The translations under genes and the position numbers were made by a program. A model generated the notes under the pieces. That model saw only the letters and a list, made by a program, of their open reading frames with translations. It ran no database searches and was not told where the DNA came from. From the NCBI GenBank assembly GCA_965371515.1, contig CBDUYR010000051.1, forward strand, positions 1-19,520: a DNA stretch of 19,520 nt, given 5' to 3'. The first letter of the stretch is position 1. The number at the start of each line of letters is the position of its first letter. Below are positions 17,556-19,520 of the stretch, in pieces. This DNA comes from an uncultured bacterium (GTDB lineage Bacteria; Krumholzibacteriota; Krumholzibacteriia; Krumholzibacteriales; Krumholzibacteriaceae).

Positions 17556-17584
17556 AATATAGCAGAATGAGCCGTCCCGTCCAA
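17556..17584 (-). promoter_or_regulatory. Sigma70-type promoter directly in front of the truA ATG
   Basis: Minus strand TTGGAC-N17-TATATT with an extended TGn; the -10 ends 8 nt before the ATG; no SD. Confidence 0.65.
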
Positions 17585-17736
17585 TATCGCGGTATCCCGG
17601 CAGGCCCGCAGCCATCCTGGAGTGTCTGCCCGGCCTGAAAACGACACGGAAAATCGCCCATCCGGAGGAACGCTGGCCCGGAAGAGGAAACGACCCCGGA
17701 CATCCGGGCAACATGCGGCCGCACAACAAATTGCAG

Positions 17737-17752
17737 TGGTATGCCCCTTGCT
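17737..17752 (+). promoter_or_regulatory. Sigma54 (RpoN) -24/-12 promoter
   Basis: TGGTATGCCCCTTGCT fits TGGYAYRNNNNTTGCW with exact GG-N10-GC spacing; intergenic; predicted +1 near 17763. Confidence 0.65.
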
Positions 17753-17762
17753 GTGTACCAGT

Positions 17763-18104
17763 ATGAATATTGATGAGCCGTGATCGATACGTCAAGGATA
17801 CGGCCGGTCCCATATCTAAAGCACTGAGATCTTAATTACTGACAGAATATTCGATACTGCTGGATATTGATTCGGCGATGCGGGAGCCGGAGCTCGTTTA
17901 TCCAGAGGTTGACGCTCGCCTGCTTCACCGGCACGGCCGACCACGGCGCACCTCTTGGATAAATATAGATGGCCCTGCGCACAAGGCGAATCCGGTCGCC
18001 TGCATCGCCACGAAAATACAGGACCCCATACTCCGATAGGGCCCACTCGTCCGGGCCATAAATAAAGGGGGAAGCGACTCATCGGTCCGCTTCCCCCGTT
18101 TTTT
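17763..18104 (+). ncRNA. Candidate structured non-coding RNA (~340 nt), family not recognised
   Basis: Bounded by the sigma54 motif and a terminator with a T6 tail; nested inverted repeats 17874-17881/18002-18009 and 17897-17909/17950-17963; no SD-led ORF. Strand inferred from promoter and terminator; wobble-pair evidence is mixed. Confidence 0.45.
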
Positions 18105-18107
18105 ATT
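18061..18107. terminator. Bidirectional intrinsic terminator
   Basis: Perfect 10-bp stem GGGGGAAGCG (18067-18076)/CGCTTCCCCC (18088-18097); tail GTTTTTTATT on +, TTTATTTA on -; about 40 bp past the stop at 18140. Confidence 0.85.
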
Positions 18108-18139
18108 ACTTTGCGCCAGGCCCAGCTTCTCTGAATACA

Positions 18140-19342
18140 TCATGCGCCCCGGAATCCTCCGTAGTATCTTTCGAGCAGCAGGACCAACGTCGCCGTGCAG
18201 AAAACTGCCAGAAGCAGAAAAATAATGGCGATGGTCCTGGACACCGCCCCGCGACCAGACACAAGCCAATGAAATCCGGCGGCCGCCAGACCGCAAAGCG
18301 GGATCGAGGCATAATAAAGATACCGCAGCTGCAGCCAGCCCTCCGGTAAAGCGATGAGCGTAAAAGGCAGGATTGCTGCAGGAAACCAGACGCTGAGAAT
18401 CCGCACGCTCTTCCTCTGAAGGACGGCGAGAAATCCCAAAGCAACCAGCAGAAGCGCACCTGCTATCAGATGCAGGTGCGGAGCGAGACCGATAAGTCGC
18501 TGCAGTGTGGGCGGGACGGCGATTATCCCGGTCCTTTGAAGAGGAATCACTGCAAATCCGGAGTACCGTATGAGGTAGCCGGGAACTTGCCGAAGAGATG
18601 TCGCATCGAGTCCGTATGCGGGACAGGCCAGGGAAATGCTGCGGTACATGAAAAAGAACAGAGGTATCGGCAGGAGAAGCAGTGTCGCCCTCCCCGGACC
18701 AATGAAACGTCCGGAACTCTGACATGCGAGGACGGCAATCGTCGCCACGACGGGCGTAACGATCGCCCCCTCGTGAAAGAGGACCGCAGCCATCATGATG
18801 ACTATCGCGAAGAAAAGGCAGTATCCGCTCCCGCGCCCCTCGCGGGATCCGTCTGCCACACTCCTGCATCCGGCCCAACGCAGTGAGAGAAGTATCCCTG
18901 CCAATGACAGTACGATGGAAACGAGCTGCCCGCTGCAGCATGCCCACATCACCGTCTTGCCGTAATGACCCAGGCCGAGGAGAAACAGACCAGCCGCTGT
19001 GGTCTCAGAACCCCGAAAGGAGTGTATTCTTCTCAGGATAAGCAGAATCAGGAATGATGAAACCAGGTGGACCAGGAAATTGAATACGATGTAAGCACCG
19101 CCGTTGCGGGCAAAGATGCCGTACTCCAGGCGGAAGAGAATCAGCGCACCGGGGCGGTAGAACACAAAATCCGAGGAAGGTCGGAGGGACTCGAGAAAGG
19201 ATGTCGTCTCGACATGCCTCAGATATACATAGTCGTCCTGCCTGAAGCCGTTGTCGAAAGCCCTCGAATAGACTAGAAATGAGATTATGACGAAGATCAG
19301 ATAGCCCGTAACGTAATATCTAGTCCGGGCGCCCTCAGTCAA
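18140..19342 (-). CDS. Polytopic membrane protein, probable GT-C-fold (ArnT/PMT-like) glycosyltransferase, 400 aa
   Basis: Roughly 10 hydrophobic segments; acidic pair after TM1 (GFRQDDYVYL), FYRP, AVLFHE, QLRYLY, all patterns typical of GT-C-like proteins. Start TTG 19342 chosen because GGAGG lies 8 nt upstream (the ORF-track GTG 19351 is inside that SD). Confidence 0.7.
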   Translation of the reverse strand: MTEGARTRYYVTGYLIFVIISFLVYSRAFDNGFRQDDYVYLRHVETTSFLESLRPSSDFVFYRPGALILFRLEYGIFARNGGAYIVFNFLVHLVSSFLILLILRRIHSFRGSETTAAGLFLLGLGHYGKTVMWACCSGQLVSIVLSLAGILLSLRWAGCRSVADGSREGRGSGYCLFFAIVIMMAAVLFHEGAIVTPVVATIAVLACQSSGRFIGPGRATLLLLPIPLFFFMYRSISLACPAYGLDATSLRQVPGYLIRYSGFAVIPLQRTGIIAVPPTLQRLIGLAPHLHLIAGALLLVALGFLAVLQRKSVRILSVWFPAAILPFTLIALPEGWLQLRYLYYASIPLCGLAAAGFHWLVSGRGAVSRTIAIIFLLLAVFCTATLVLLLERYYGGFRGA

Positions 19343-19436
19343 CCGAAACACCTCCGATGCGGCCTCGTGCCTCTGTCACATAAGCGTTCGATCCGGAAAC
19401 GGCCCTTCCTCAATGACTCGGCAGGTGATGGACCAA

Positions 19437-19451
19437 TGATAATAATTATCG
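19437..19451. promoter_or_regulatory. Fur-family operator (7-1-7 inverted repeat)
   Basis: TGATAAT-A-ATTATCG versus consensus TGATAATnATTATCA (1 mismatch); 19432-19450 matches 15/19 of GATAATGATAATCATTATC; lies in an AT-rich promoter-like patch. Confidence 0.55.
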
Positions 19452-19520
19452 TGAAGAAGCCACTTAAAATAAAGATAGATTGCATCACTTCTCTTGTACA
19501 GCGGATTTCACGGCGGGCAG

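Noticed and set aside
17874..18009. Firm call as 6S RNA, SRP RNA, retron msr-msd or integron attC
   Set aside because: No two-sided central bubble for 6S, no GNRA-capped helix-8 motif for SRP, no reverse transcriptase or integrase in the window, and no RYYYAAC/GTTRRRY ends.
17878..18039. 53-aa + strand ORF (MREPELVYPEV...DPILR) inside the candidate ncRNA
   Set aside because: No SD and the ATG is buried in the 8-bp outer stem; cannot be fully excluded without Ribo-seq or conservation data.
17816..18082. 88-aa minus-strand ORF in the intergenic interval
   Set aside because: Starts inside the terminator hairpin loop and has no recognisable motifs; the region is better explained by secondary structure.
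17925..18947. 340-aa minus-strand ORF overlapping the membrane-protein gene in another frame
   Set aside because: Arg/Ser/Cys-rich composition typical of off-frame translation; runs through the terminator.

Overview
GC-rich bacterial chromosomal window; all 16 supportable CDSs are on the minus strand. In transcription order (right to left): a GT-C-like polytopic membrane protein with a Fur-type box upstream; a ~590-bp gene-free interval; truA (apparently leaderless); a tightly packed ~14-kb operon behind a near-consensus sigma70 promoter (transaldolase, HtrA-type protease, purB, purL, purQ, a tandem double-PurS protein, purF, tldD, a TIGR03960/TIGR03936-type radical SAM fusion, RNase G/E); and a small envelope/osmotic-stress cassette (secreted Lys/Glu-rich hypothetical, aqpZ, GlsB/YeaQ/YmgE protein, OmpA-domain protein). 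The least explained element is 17737-18107: a correctly spaced sigma54 (-24/-12) promoter on the + strand, ~340 nt of strongly base-paired sequence with no convincing ORF, and an intrinsic terminator, which together suggest an unannotated sigma54-dependent structured ncRNA. The single-chain PurS-PurS in a purL-purQ-purS order is the most notable protein-level oddity. No tRNA, rRNA, CRISPR array, transposase or integrase was seen. All family assignments come from motif recognition by eye; no database searches or folding programs were run.
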